Of a stretch of DNA of 64,000 nucleotides, positions 1 to 13,029 are shown piece by piece; position 1 is the stretch's first letter; the number at the start of each line of letters is the position of its first letter. The notes under the pieces were generated by a model, which had not been told where the DNA came from, searched no databases, and was given only the letters and a program-made list of their open reading frames with translations. Source of the stretch: the human T2T-CHM13v2.0 reference genome, Homo sapiens; NCBI RefSeq assembly GCF_009914755.1, contig NC_060936.1; one strand, 5' to 3'. Both the position numbers and the translations under genes were made by a program.

Positions 1-39
1 TTAATAGCAAAAACCACAATTACTTTTGCACCAACCTAA
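1..39. mobile_element. MADE1 (Hsmar1-derived MITE), 3' half cut by the window edge
   Basis: ttaatagcaaaaaccacaattacttttgcaccaacctaa matches the MADE1/Hsmar1 terminal inverted repeat and is followed by TA (40-41), the mariner target-site dinucleotide. Confidence 0.9.
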
Positions 40-496
40 TAGAACTGTGGTCTATGAATTGATACAGTGTAAATCCCTGGAAAATTAAACAGGATCTTGG
101 AAAAAGGCTAGATATAAACTAACTGAGATTATATACTATCATTTTAGTGGAATAAAGATGTTTGTATAAATTCACTTTTGTACACTGGAGTTTGTAACTG
201 AAATTCATACTATGTATGTATCACCTGATTTAACTCTCTAATACAGCTACAAAGTGTCCATTTAACAGATGGAAAAAAATAGATTAGAAAGGAAGCTAAT
301 CATTTGAATTCACATAGTTAAGATGTGACAGACCCAGGATACAGAAAGATTTATCTTACCTAAAGTTAGCAATATTTTCTGTTGTTTTGTTTCTGTCCAC
401 TGTAAAATTATCTATATATCAAAAACGTACAAATGTAGGTTGATGTAATGCTTTCATTCTTCAAAGCACATGTTTTTATTCTTTGAAGAACCTGGG

Positions 497-525
497 CATA
501 TATACACCATATCTATATACACATC

Positions 526-587
<62 letters not shown>

Positions 588-678
588 CATATATATACTA
601 TATATATATCATACACATATACACCATATATATGCCATATTTATAATATATACATCTATATACCATATATATGTATAA
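497..678. repeat. (TA)n/(CA)n compound microsatellite
   Basis: Visible dinucleotide runs; explains the spurious IY-repeat ORF 483-689. Confidence 0.95.
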
Positions 679-1264
679 AAATATGGTAGATATTAAAAAT
701 GAAATTCAATATATGATGTGAATTTAAGGAAGCCTAGCTTTCTAAACTGAAAATTTATGTAGTTTAATTTGGAGTATGAGTCTCATTTATAATATACATT
801 TTATTAAAGCATGTTGATTCTTTCTAGACATAATTTTTAAATTAAAATGTTGTAGAAGAGTGAGTGGTTCAACTTTCAGTTCTCAGGTTGTTCATCCATA
901 AAATAGAGATAGGGCTAGATAAATTCTAAGTTCTGTTTAGCACTACATTGTATGATTGTTAAATGAATAATTAAGAAAATTAATTAATGGATAAAGTGTA
1001 GTAAGACCATGCCACACTATGGTCTTTTGCGCAGTAAAGGAATTAGCCTAACTTCACAGGGTCTCAAAATACTATCTAAATGATATTCCAATAGAAACTA
1101 ATATTTTGTGTGTTTTCGTTGGTTATATTACAAGTAGATGAACCAGACTCGTTTGGCAGAAAAAAACTGTGTGAAAGAAATATGCTACAGATTGCTCCAT
1201 TTAAGTATATGGAAATGTTTCTTATCCCTTTTAACCATAGCTGATATTCCCATATATTAATATA

Positions 1265-1450
1265 TTATCATTCATTCAACGAGTCCTGACACATTGACCG
1301 ACTTTTAGGATGCATTCAGTCTTTTGCTATTACAAATAATGGCACAAAGATGAGCCTCACACAAATATCATTTTGTATTTTTGCCAATCATGTATTTTGA
1401 ATATATTTCTATTAGTTAAGATTACTGGACTAAAGGCTTAAAAACATACT
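1265..1450 (-). mobile_element. Old L1ME-like fragment
   Basis: ttttaggatgcattcagtcttttgctattacaaataat ... attactggactaaagg resembles the antisense L1M ORF2 3' region. Confidence 0.5.
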
Positions 1451-2162
1451 CTTTATATGTTGGTGTTTAGAAAAATTTGTAGTTGTGTTGTAATTGGTTC
1501 ATTTACATCAATATGTTGTGAGTTGTATATCTGTTATTTTGTTACCTAATATGAAAAATAATAAAATAAGCCCTTTTTTATCCCTTTCCTCTCCCAAACT
1601 TCAAATTAAAAGTGATATAACTATACTCTCATTGAAAACCTACGTAGCTAGTCAGAAAACTTATTCCAGTTTCCAAATACTGTTCTCTGTCCACCCTCCC
1701 TCCCACCCCTCAAGGCTGTTATTTGTATAATACACAGTTAAAAAACAATAACAAACATTTCTATACCACTAAAGTGGAGTAATCTACAGCACATTTTATT
1801 AGGTAAAAATAGCAGGTGGTAAATATTGTTTCTAGTAGTCTACCTTCTGAGTAATGAAAGGGGATTTGAAATGCTTATCTGAAAAGAGATGGAATAGTAA
1901 ACAAAAAATCATTAATAATTGACCCTTCAGTGTGAAAGGTGCAGAGTAAAAACAATGCCTCTGTGAATGTAAATTGTTTCAGAGTTTTCATTTTCAGTTT
2001 ATGTAAATGCATTTTGTAACTTAGGAAGAAACAAAGTTAAACCAAAGTTGTGGGAAAATTCATAAAAAACCATACTGAATCAAAACATCTTATTGTTTAT
2101 GAAGTTGATGGTATTTCAACAAAATAGAAAAACATTATTTCAAGTAATTCTAATACACAGAA

Positions 2163-5100
2163 TTTTTTCAGTAGCTTTACTGATGTATAATTTACCTAAA
2201 ATAATACTCACCCATTTTAAAATTAAATGTAGATTTTTATCATTTTTGGCATATGTACATAGTCATGTAACCCCACCACAGTGAATACATACACTATTGC
2301 CAACTCAAAAAATTCTCCTGAGTTTTTTACAAGCCTCAATTCTGTCACTGTGCCTTTCATATAATTTTATGTAAATATATTAATCAGTATGTTATCTTTT
2401 GTTTTCTTTTTTCATTTAGCATGATGTTTTAGTTTTATAAAGTTTAATTTTAATTTTTTTGGTCTAGCTTATGCTTTTTGCATCCTATCTATTGAATATT
2501 TATTTAAGGTATAATCAAGATTTTCTTCTATGCTTTATTTTAAAAATTGTATTATTCCAGTCCATACATTTAGGTATATGATCCATTTTTAATTTTTTTG
2601 TTTTTATATTGTTTGAGGTACAGATTGACGTTACTTTTTTTGACAGGTAGATTTAATTGTTTTGGCACTATTTACTGGATAGGCTATTTTTTCTCCATTT
2701 AAATACCTTGTCATCTTTGTTGAAAATTATTTGCCCTTGTATGTGTGATTCTATTTCTGGGCTCTATTTTGTTCCACTGATTTATATATCTATCATTATA
2801 TGAATACCAAACTTTGATTTCTGGAACTTTAGAATATGTCTTGAAATATGGCAATGTTAATTCTCCAAATTTTTGCTCTTTTTCAAAATTGCTTTGGCTA
2901 TTCTAGGTCCTTTGCATTTCCAGATAAATTTTAGAATAAAGTACTCAATTTCTATGAAAAGGCCTGCTGTGTTTTTACTGAGATTGTATTGAGTCTGTTA
3001 ATCAATATTGGCACACTGGCCATATTGACAATATTAATTCTTCTTATTAATGAACATTTTATATAATTCCAACTGATTACATTGTTTTGATATATTAGTT
3101 TTCATTGTACAAATCTTGTACACCTTATATTAAATGTAATCTTACATGCTTTATATTTTCCACGGTATTGTACATGGTATTTATTTAAATGTTATTTCCC
3201 AATTTTTTGCAGCTAATATTTTGACTTTGTATCTTGTGACTTTGCTTAATTGACTCCTTAGTTCTAGTATGTATCTTATAGAATAATTTGAGCATTCTAT
3301 GTAAGTGATTATGCTATCTGTGAATAAATAAAATTTTACTTATTTTCAAGTCTATAGACTATTTCTTTTTATTTTATTATTTCATTGGCTAAGTCTTCTC
3401 CTAAAATGCTGAATAGAAGTGGTGATCTTATTTTTTCTTAAATAGAAGGCATTCAATATTACAGCATTAAGTATAATATTAGCTGTAGGCTCTTTACAGA
3501 GGCCCTCTATTAGACTGAGCAAATACTCTTCTTTTTCTAGTTTGCTGATAGTTTATTATCACGGATGAGTCAGTCTTTTTTCTGTATCTAAGTGATTGTA
3601 TAATTTTGTTTCTCTTTATCCTATTGTTCTGTTAAGCTACTTTGCATTCATTGGATTAGCCCCACTTGTTCCTGATGTATTACTGTTTTGTACATTGCTA
3701 GATTAAATTTGCTAATATTGTTGAAGAATGTTTACATATAGGATATGAAGTATGTTGGGCTTCTTGGTATTACACTACAGGTCTCTGGAGCTTCAGTATC
3801 TTATTCTGTTTTCATAATAGATATTTCAATGGGTCTATTAATTTCATGGATTCTTTTGCTCACTTCAATCTGCTTTTGAGTCAATCTAATAAATTTTTTA
3901 TTTTAGATATTATAGTTTTCAGCTCTAGAATCTTTAGTTTTATATAATTTCCATTTTCTACATAAATTCTTTATTAATAAAATAATTTAATTTAAAGTAT
4001 ATTTATATTACATACTGTGAGCTCTTTGTTTAACAAATCCAATACATGGGGCCCATGTCTATTGACTGCCTTCTCCCTTACCCCACTCCCAAAGATGTAT
4101 TACACTTTTGTTTTATTACATGTCCTATTTGAACACTGAACATTAGAATTATATAATACCTTTGGAATTAGTGTGTATATATACACAAACATATACACAT
4201 ATATACAAATATATTATATATATATATAATTTTTTTTCTATTAGAAAGTTAACTTGCCTGGAGCCACACATGGCAATCTGCAGCAGCTAATATCTCTGAC
4301 AAATTTTTGGCTTTTTTGCTGCTATTTTTCTTACCTGGCCCCTGAAGTCTTCTTTCTGCCTATGTAGTTGAGAAATTGGTCAATTATTTAGGTAGAACTG
4401 TACTCTGAGGTTCATGTGACTGTATCCATGATCCCCTTATTTCCAGAGTCCCTTCACTAAATTTCCAGTTGTTCTTCCACCTCCAATTTCTGGTCTTTAT
4501 CACCTCAAGACATCAAAGTTTCCACTATTTTTCAATTCAAATCTAATGATAATTGGGGTAGTATTCTCTGCAGTTTGGGGAAAAAGCTCAGTCCAGCATG
4601 CCGCCAATTCACAAATCTCACAGAGGCCAGCAACTTTGCTCCTCCTCACCCTCAGAAGCAAATTACCTTTGCTTGGGATGGGTCAGGAAGCTTTCCTATC
4701 CTTTCTCAAGTAGCTTAACATTGTTTCCTATAAAAAAGGAATTGTGAAGTAGGAGCGATTTTGTGCTTGTGTACCAATGAGGGTACCCTCTCATTAGTGC
4801 AGACTGTCTCTGATCCTTCTCTGAACCATCTGATGGAGGTCTATAGAAAATACCTGTAATTGTGGACTCCTCTCATGTCTAAGGTTCCCAAGGATTGTAA
4901 ACTCATGCAGGCTCACACTCAAGAATCCATTGACATTTGTAGCTGTGTTCTTCCTTAACTACTCATATGATAACCAGCATTTCCTCCTAGTCTCTGGAAA
5001 AACTAATACTATTCCTGTGCTGCCTTTCCTCTGAATAGCTCATTAAACATTTGAATTTAGTTTACTTGGCTGCCTTGGGACTTCAGCTCTCTGATAGATT

Positions 5101-5180
5101 CCAAAAAAGTTATGGTTTTGTACATCATCTAGACTTTCCCTGTGTAATGAAAGCAATAACATTTTTTTCAAATCCTTAAG
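2163..5180 (-). mobile_element. Degraded old L1M element (3' end at left, ORF2 remnants, more 5' parts toward the right)
   Basis: Antisense L1 3' end (gctttactgatgtataattta...) and ORF2-antisense blocks (ctatttctgggctctattttgttccactga; gctttggctattctaggtcctttgcatttcc). The right boundary beyond ~4200 is uncertain. Confidence 0.7.
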
Positions 5181-5209
5181 CAGAAGCAGAATTGATCATC
5201 TTTTTAAAA

Positions 5210-6620
5210 AACTTTACCAGATTTTCCATGTCAGCTGTGGAAGAAATTACCCAATTTCTTCAAATCACTAATGACAAAATTCTTGTCTGCCAAACACAGG
5301 ATTTTGACCATAATCCTTACAATTAAGAGAAAGAGAAAGAAAGAGAAATATCATAAACTATATTCGGTAGTCTTACTATTGGTAACAATATTGGTAATGC
5401 TATATTGAACCTAATACAGGAATATTGTATAATAAAGCAAATATGTCAATGCTGATAGTGGTAGGAGGCAGGTGAATTCCTAGGCAGGCAGAAAAGGCTC
5501 CTCAGTGAAACTCCTCACCTTCAAGCCAAGGACAATCTAAGGCCTGCAAACCAAGCTGCCAGTTCTGGATAGAATCAACAGACTGAAGTGAGGACTCTCA
5601 CTCCCATTTGGTGCACTTCCACCCAATTGGTCCTTAGCTTTCACCTATTTTAGATATACCTACCTTTCTTTGATTGGCCATGGGCGGAGTCTTCATTTGT
5701 ATAGAGTGAAATGTCACTCCAGTCCCTGATTGGCTGAGGGTCAGGTCTTCACTTCTGTCTCCAGTTTATTCTTTGCTCTACTGTGTCTCTTTCTGAGTGG
5801 TGCTTTTTCCAAAATGGCCTGCATACAAATCAGTACACTACTTCTTCCTCCCAGTTCATAAAAACCCTGAACTTAGCCCCACAGCTGGCAACCCTTTTTA
5901 GGGTCCCCTCTATTCTCACAGCTTTTTCTGTTGCTTAATAACTCCTACTCTGCCTTACTCACTCTCTGGTGTTTGAGTGCCTTATTCTTCTTGGTGGTGG
6001 GAAAAGAACTCAGAACTTGCCAAATTGTGGGAGTACAGGAACTGTAGCGCTCCAGCTTGCCAAACTGCTGGTGGTGGGAGTAAAAGGGCTGTTTCACTTC
6101 CTTGCGCTTGCTGGAAGTCATCACTGGGAACCACTCCCTCTGAACATCAGAAGTAGGGAAGTCGCAACAATGCTACTAAGAACCAATACTTCTAACCTAA
6201 AAAAATAGATAAGGAAAAAAGAAAGAAATTAACTCAAAACGCCATAATGTAAAATTTGAATTAGAAGTAATAGCATGAAACTTTGATTTGTTATGCATTT
6301 ACTAGCTATATGCACTGAAGAGTCCTGGAAACAATGTTAATACTGCAGCAATAAACACACTAATGCCCAAATTCTGATCTCTAAAGACATTTCTCAGGGC
6401 TCCATTGAAAATTGCTTGTTTCAAATGTGTTGTAACAAAAATGCTAAATTAGCCTGGAAAATTGTTTTCTGCCAGAAAGCAAGGAGGGTTTCAGACTGTT
6501 TGATTATGACCTGATTTGATGGTTTAAAATAGGATGATCTGAACATAAAAAAGAATGATAATTGAAATGCATGTACACATATCGAACACCTAAAAATACA
6601 TGTTTGTAATATATATTTAT
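5210..6620 (+). mobile_element. L1MC-type 3' UTR fragment interrupted by the solo LTR
   Basis: ataaagcaaatatg...tactaagaaccaa and gcaataaacacactaatgcccaaattctgatctctaaa resemble the L1MC4/5 3' UTR and read continuously across the LTR. Confidence 0.5.
5453..6169 (+). mobile_element. ERV1 solo LTR (LTR1/LTR27/LTR28-like)
   Basis: TG...CA termini (tgatagtg...gcaaca) and a perfect 4-bp TSD ATGC (5449-5452, 6170-6173). Also ATTGG/CCAAT boxes, a GC box gggcgg near 5683, TATA-like cataaaa near 5857 and polyA-like cttaataa near 5934. Exact family uncertain. Confidence 0.85.
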
Positions 6621-6719
6621 AATAAAAAGATTAAAACTTTTTCATTGGAAGTTTCTAGAGCACAATTTAAACCACTAATGTGATGTCTTTTACTTTTCTT
6701 CTGTAATTTCCTTGAAATT

Positions 6720-6885
6720 CTATCATTGGGTACATACTCTTGTATTATAATTATATGTCTGCAAATGTATTTTCTTATTAAATTGTGAGGCTCTGCAGAA
6801 AGGCAGCATGACTTAGTTATTATTATATACCATTGCCTGTAGTAGTCCCTGATAGAATAAGCTCCCAAAGATATGATGATTAAAG
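6720..6885 (+). mobile_element. L2 3'-end fragment
   Basis: aaattgtgaggctctgcagaaaggcagcatgac...tagtagtccctgatagaataagctccc resembles the L2 3' terminus. Confidence 0.5.
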
Positions 6886-6918
6886 CCAGTAGACAATTGA
6901 TTGATAATAAGGCCACAA

Positions 6919-7499
6919 TTCAATCATCATGGAAAGCAGTCTGATGATTCCTCAGAGCTAAAAACAGAACTACTATTTGACCCAGCAATCCCATTACCGG
7001 GTATATACTCAGAGGAATATAAACCATTCTACCATAAAGACACAGGCCCACTAATGTTCATTGTAACACCATTCACCATAGCAAAGAAATGGAATCAGCC
7101 TAAACGCCTATCAGTGACAGAGTGGATAAACAAAATGTGGTACAGATATACCATGGAATACTGCACAGCCATAAAAATGAAGGTGATCATGTCTTTTGTG
7201 GGAAGATGGATGAACTAGAGGCCAGTATCCTTAGTAAAGTAGTACATGAACAGAAAGCTGAATAATGCATAAGTGGGAGCTAAATGATGAGAACACATGG
7301 ACACAAAGAAGGGAACAGACACCGGGACCTTCTTGAGAGTGGAAGGTGGAGGAAGGAGAGGATCAGAAAAAACAACTATTGGGTATTAGGCTTAGTATCT
7401 GGGTAATGAAATAATCTATACAACAAACTCCTATGACATGAGTTTACCTATATACCAAACCTGCATATGTACCCCTCAACCTAAAATAAAATTTAAAAA
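6919..7499 (+). mobile_element. 5'-truncated L1PA15/16-like 3' end
   Basis: ORF2 C-terminal remnant (FDPAIPL...TMEY), 3' UTR, and end cctaaaataaaa with short A tail. Confidence 0.9.
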
Positions 7500-7826
7500 G
7501 AGGCCATAAAAGGCCCCAAAGTGTACACATCATTGCCCTTTACTAATTTGTGATTAGTAAAAAAATTTTGTTATGGTAATTTTGTGCCTCTGCTGTTTCT
7601 TCTCATGTGTAGAAAACAAATCATACAAAATGAAAAACTTGTAGACTCTTTTCAAGATGCCAGTAAAACTGCTCACATGGAAACATAATGCTCTAAGGGC
7701 CCCTGTGGTGCTAAGAAAAGATTCTCTCAGACTTCCATCTCAGAGCCTTGCTCCACTTTAGGTGTGTTCTGGCTCTACCTGGGGCACTGCAGCCTTCTAT
7801 TGCTTTCTTTAGCACTCCACTTTGTT

Positions 7827-8354
7827 AATTTTTTTTTATTTCAATAGTTTTTGGGCACACAGGTGGTTTTTGGTTATGTGGATAAGTTGCTTAGTGGTGA
7901 TTTCTGATATTTTACTGCACCTATCACCCGAGCAGTATACACCGTGATCAATATATGGTCTTTTATCCCTCACATTCCTCCCAACCTTCCCCATACCCCA
8001 AATTCCCAGAGTCCATTATATCATTCTTGTGCCTTGCATCCTCATAGTTTAGCTAAGTGAGAACATACAATATTTGGTTTTTCATTTCTGAGTTACTCCA
8101 CTTAGAATAATGGCCTCTAGTTCCATCCAAGTTGCTGCAAAAGACATTATTTCATTGCTTTTTATGGCTTAGAATTCCATGGTATACATGGTACATGGTA
8201 TACATAGTACCACGTTTTATTTGTCTGCTCATTTGCTGATGGGCACTTGGTTCCACATCCTTGCAATTGCAAATTGTGCTGTTAAAAACATGCGTGTGCA
8301 TGTCTCTTTTTCACTTAATGATTTCTTTTCCTTTGGGTAGATACACAGTAGTGC
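7827..8354 (-). mobile_element. 5'-truncated L1PB 3' end
   Basis: Antisense L1PB 3' UTR starting in poly-T; TSD core cactccacttt at 7813-7823 and 8355-8365. Confidence 0.9.
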
Positions 8355-9110
8355 CACTCCACTTTCTTTATCTCCACATTGGTTCCCAAGAACTCTGCTG
8401 CATAAGCTCTGCCATTGCCCCTGGTCTCCCAAACTGAATTATCATATCCTCATGTCTTGCCAAGTTCATTTTATTCACTTCTCCTCCAGACCTTTGCTCT
8501 CTACCAGATCTTCCATTCTATTATATGTACAACACCTCTTTGCAAATATAAAATTATTTCAAGTAGCAATATTTTCTTGAAGTATTGGAATCCACGTTTT
8601 CAGGAACCACATGGGTCCCAACCACCAGGAGAGTAATGAAGACTGCATTTTTAACTCTCCTTTTCACAGCAAACTGTCTGCATTTTAAAGCAACAAACCA
8701 CTTTCTCTAGCACTCCACTTGACCCTAGAGAGTGTCTTACTTTTCCTGGGTGCCTATTAAGAGACTGTGAGAAAGTTTCCATCACTCCCTCCTGAGAGCA
8801 GAGGGTGTTTTACTTCAAATGTGGGGAAAACTTGTCTAGGCCCCAGTGTCTGCCCTATAGCCCTATATGCCTTTCTCTTGAACATATTGATTTTGGCCCA
8901 ACTTCTCATGACTTTTGGAACATGTATTAAAAGTTGAACCCAAAGAGTGGTCCTGAGATAAACCTAAGAAAGTTGAATAGTTCTGAATTCTATAGTGAGT
9001 GGACTTGTGTAACATAAATGGATAGAAATTGTTCCATTTACTGAGCCCTCACTCGAAGTGGAATACATTTCTCAAGGATCGTGCACTTAGAAGTTAAGAG
9101 CAAAGGCTCA

Positions 9111-10572
9111 TGTTGATTTGTTTGAGTTCATTGTAGATACTGGATATTATTCCTTTATCAGATGTATAAATTGTGAAGATTTTTTTCCAACTCTGTGGGT
9201 TGTCTGTTTACGCTTCTGACTGTTCATTTTGCTGTGCAAAACTCTTCAGTTTAATTAAGTCCCAGCAATTTATCTTTGTTTTTATTGCATTTGCTTTCGG
9301 GTTCTTGGTCATGAAATCCTTGCCTAACCCAATGTCTTTTCCAACGTTATCTTCTAGAATTTTTATAGTTTCAGGTCTTAGATTTAAGTCCTTAATCCAT
9401 CTTGAGTTGATTTTTGTAAGAGGTAAGGGATGAGGATCCAGTTTCATTCTCCTACAGGTGGCTAGCCAATTATCCCAGCACCATTTGTTGAAAAGGGTGT
9501 TCTTTCCCCACTTTATGTTTTTGTTTGCTTTGTCAAAGATCAGTTGGCTGTAAGTACTTGGGTTTACTTCTGGGTTCTCTATTCTGTTACATTGGTCTAC
9601 ATGCCTATTTTTGTACCAATACCATGCTGCTTTGGTGACTATAACCTTATAGTATAGTTTGCAACCAGGTAATGTGATGTCTCCAGATTTGTTTTTTGCT
9701 TAGTCTTGCTTTGGCTATGTGGGCTCTTTTTTGTTTCATATAAGTTTTATAATTGTTATTTCTAATTCTGTGAAGAATGATGGTAGTATTTTGATGGGAA
9801 TTGCATTGAATTTGTAGATTGCTTTTGGGAATGTAGTCATTTTCACAATATTGATTCTACCCACCTATGAGAGTGGGATGTGTTTCCATTTGTTTGTATT
9901 GTCTATGATTTCTTTCAGCAGTATTTCATAGTTTTCCTTGTAGAAGTCTTTCACCTTCTTGGTTAGGTATATTCCTAAGTGTTTTTTTGTTTGTTTTGCA
10001 GCTATTGTAAAAGAGGTTCAGTTCCTGATTTGATTTTCAACTTGGTTGCTGTTGATATATAGAAGAGCTACTGATTTAAACTCAAATCAACAAGAAAAAA
10101 ACATACAATCTCATCAAAAAGTGGTCTAAGGATGTGAATAGACAATTCTCAAAAGCAGATATATGAATGGCCAACAAACATATGAATAAATGCTCAACAT
10201 CACTAATAATCAGGAAAATGCACATCGAAACCACAATGCTATATCACCTTATTCCTGCAAGAACGGTCATAATCCAAAAATAAAATAATAGATGTCAGCT
10301 TGGCTGTGGTGAACAGGGAACACTTCTACAATGCTGGTGGGAATGTAAACTAGTACAAACATTACGGAAAACAGTGTGGAGATTCCTTAAAGAACTAAAA
10401 GTAGGTGACCACTTAATCCAGCAATCCCACTACTGGGTATCTACCCAGAGGAAAAGAAGTCATACAAAAAAGATACTTGCACACACATGTTAATAGCAGC
10501 ACAATTCACAATTGCAAATATGTGGAAGTAACCCAAATGCCAATTAATCAACAAATGGATAAAGAAGCTGTG

Positions 10573-10620
<48 letters not shown>

Positions 10621-10990
10621 ATATGTGTGTGTATATATATGATGGAATACTACTAAGCTATAAAAAGGAATAAGTTAATGGCATTCACAGCAATCCGGAT
10701 GAGATTGGAATGGAAAACCAAACATCATATGTTTTCACTCATAAGTGGGAACTAAGCTATGAGGATAAAAAGGCATAAGAATGATACAATGGACTTTGGA
10801 GACTCAGGGGGAAAGGGTAGGGAGGGGTTGAGAGATAAAAGACTACAAAGAGCATGCAGTCCATACTGCCTGGGTTATGGCTGCACCAATATCTTAGAAA
10901 TCACCACTAAAGAACTTACTCATGTAACCAAACACCACCTGTTTCCCAATAACCTATGGGGGGAAAAAAAACCTTAAAAAAAAAAAAAAA
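9111..10990 (+). mobile_element. L1PB1-like element with 5' inversion (9111-10077 antisense, 10078-10990 sense)
   Basis: ORF2 peptide on - strand (MKLDPH...[18 protein letters not shown]), then sense 3' end with poly-A; 15-bp TSD aaga(g/a)caaaggctca at 9096-9110 and 10991-11005. Confidence 0.93.
10575..10640. repeat. (TG)n/(TA)n microsatellite inside L1PB
   Basis: Visible in sequence. Confidence 0.95.
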
Positions 10991-11009
10991 AAGAACAAAG
11001 GCTCAGATT

Positions 11010-11190
11010 AGAAAAAATTCTTGCTTTTAATACAGCTCTGTCATTTGTTAACTTTGTGATTATTAGCAAGTTATTATAACCTTACTGAGTCTCAGTTTCC
11101 TCATCCATAAATGTGGAGAGTGGGACCAAATAAAATATGTAAAGTGCTTTACCCAAGGTCTGATCCGTGGTAAATATCCAATAAATATGT
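11010..11190 (+). mobile_element. MIR fragment
   Basis: Core ctgagtctcagtttcctcatccataaa and tgtaaagtgcttt. Confidence 0.7.
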
Positions 11191-13029
11191 ATGTATATTT
11201 TAGTTAAATTTTAAATGAGAGTAAAAAAACTGGATTTATTTATCTAAATAAACTTCTTAGACAGCAAGGATAAGACTCATAAGACTGGTTCTTATCTTGT
11301 GTTTCACAAGTATAATAGTGCAAAGAATAAGTAAAGTGAAACCTAAAAAAGATCCAATCCTAAACTAGTACTTTACAATTGGATAGTGTATGACTTATTA
11401 AACTTACTAATACTTAGATCTCCTCACATGGCACAAAGAATGTAGTATCTTTCATAATTCAGAACTCATTTATTTTCTTGTTATTTTTGCATATGATCCA
11501 CTATGAGAATGAAGAACTTGTTAAGTGAAGGCTGTGGAGTCAGCTTCACAGCATTCTGTCTGTGTAGATGCCAATGACTTCACAACTACGATGTTATTTT
11601 GAGCAGTGAAACAATTTATTAAAAATGAAGAAAAACATAAATGACTCCTGTAAAGAAATTAAATTAATCTTAGGTACTAGAACACAGATGTTCTGTGTGC
11701 CATACCTATGCAACCATGTCATTAAATCCAAATCTCTAATTAACAGACTCCTGTTTCTTGTTCAAATTTGAAATGATTCATTAAAACCATTTAGAAGCAA
11801 GTATAACTCATGAAGAAAAAAATGTTCTTGACCTTTTCTCCACTTTAATTTTTTTCTACTTTGTTATTATTTTTAAAAATTGACTAGCTTACTGACTCAA
11901 TGATTCAGAATTGAGACGTATCTGACACTTCAAAGCCTGTCTCTCTTACTCATTAGCTTCACATCCTGTACCAACAAAAAATTGTGCAATAAAATCAGAA
12001 AAACTAAATAATATTAAGTCATGAAAATGGTTGCCAAAACTTGGGAAAAGTAGTGTAATTAATTTTTGGAGAAAAGAAGATGAACTAAGTTTAGACTTAC
12101 ACTGTTGCTCAGCTTCTACTTATAAAGAAACATTAACATTTTAATTTAATTAAGCAAATATTGTTGAACATCTATCTAATAGAGAAGTAACTATTTCAGT
12201 AGACAGAAAAAAAGGCTTCAAATAAGATAGAATTTATTCAAATTCTAATTCTGAAACTAACTTTGTAACTTTGGTAGTTAGCTTCTCTGAATTCCCTTTT
12301 GCTTACCCATGATAATAATAGTATTAAGACCAACATCAAGGACCAAGATAGCTGAACAGAACCCTCTAGCAATCATCCCATCTGCAGGAATGCCAAATTG
12401 AACAACTATCCACACAAGAAAGCATCTTCATAAGAACCAAAAATCAGGTGAGTGATCACATTACCTGGTTTTAATATCATATCAAGGAGAGAGACATTGA
12501 AAAAAGTAAGAAAGACAGTCTTGTATCACCTATACTACTGCATCTCAAGGCAGCTTTGTGCCATGGAAGGGCAGGGCGGTGGGGAGAGAAACTCTGTGCT
12601 TGGGGAAGGGGAAGTAAAGCGATTGTGAGGTTTTGCATTGGAACTCAGGGGTGCCGCTTCACAGCAGAAAATAATACAAGGCAGAATTCAGCTAGTGACC
12701 AGAGGAAGCATGTAAGACCAGCCCTAGCCAGAGAAGAACTGCCCATCCCAGCATTCAGAACCTGAGTTCTGGCTAGCCCCGTCACCTAAGGCTAAAGTGC
12801 TCTGGGGTTCTAAATAATCTTGAAAGGCAGTCTAGGCCACAAGGAAAGCAATTCCTGGGCAACTCCTAGTGCTCAGCTAGGCTTGGACCCAGTGGGCTTG
12901 GGGTGTATGTGATCCAGTGAGACACCATCTGGAGTAGCCAAGGGAGTCAGTTTATGACCCCATCCCAACCCTAGGCAATGAAGCTTGCAGTTCTGAGGGA
13001 GACCCTAGGCAATGAAGCTTGCAGTTCCT

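Noticed and set aside
1002-1026. 8-bp inverted repeat aagaccat...atggtctt
   Set aside because: Too short; expected by chance.
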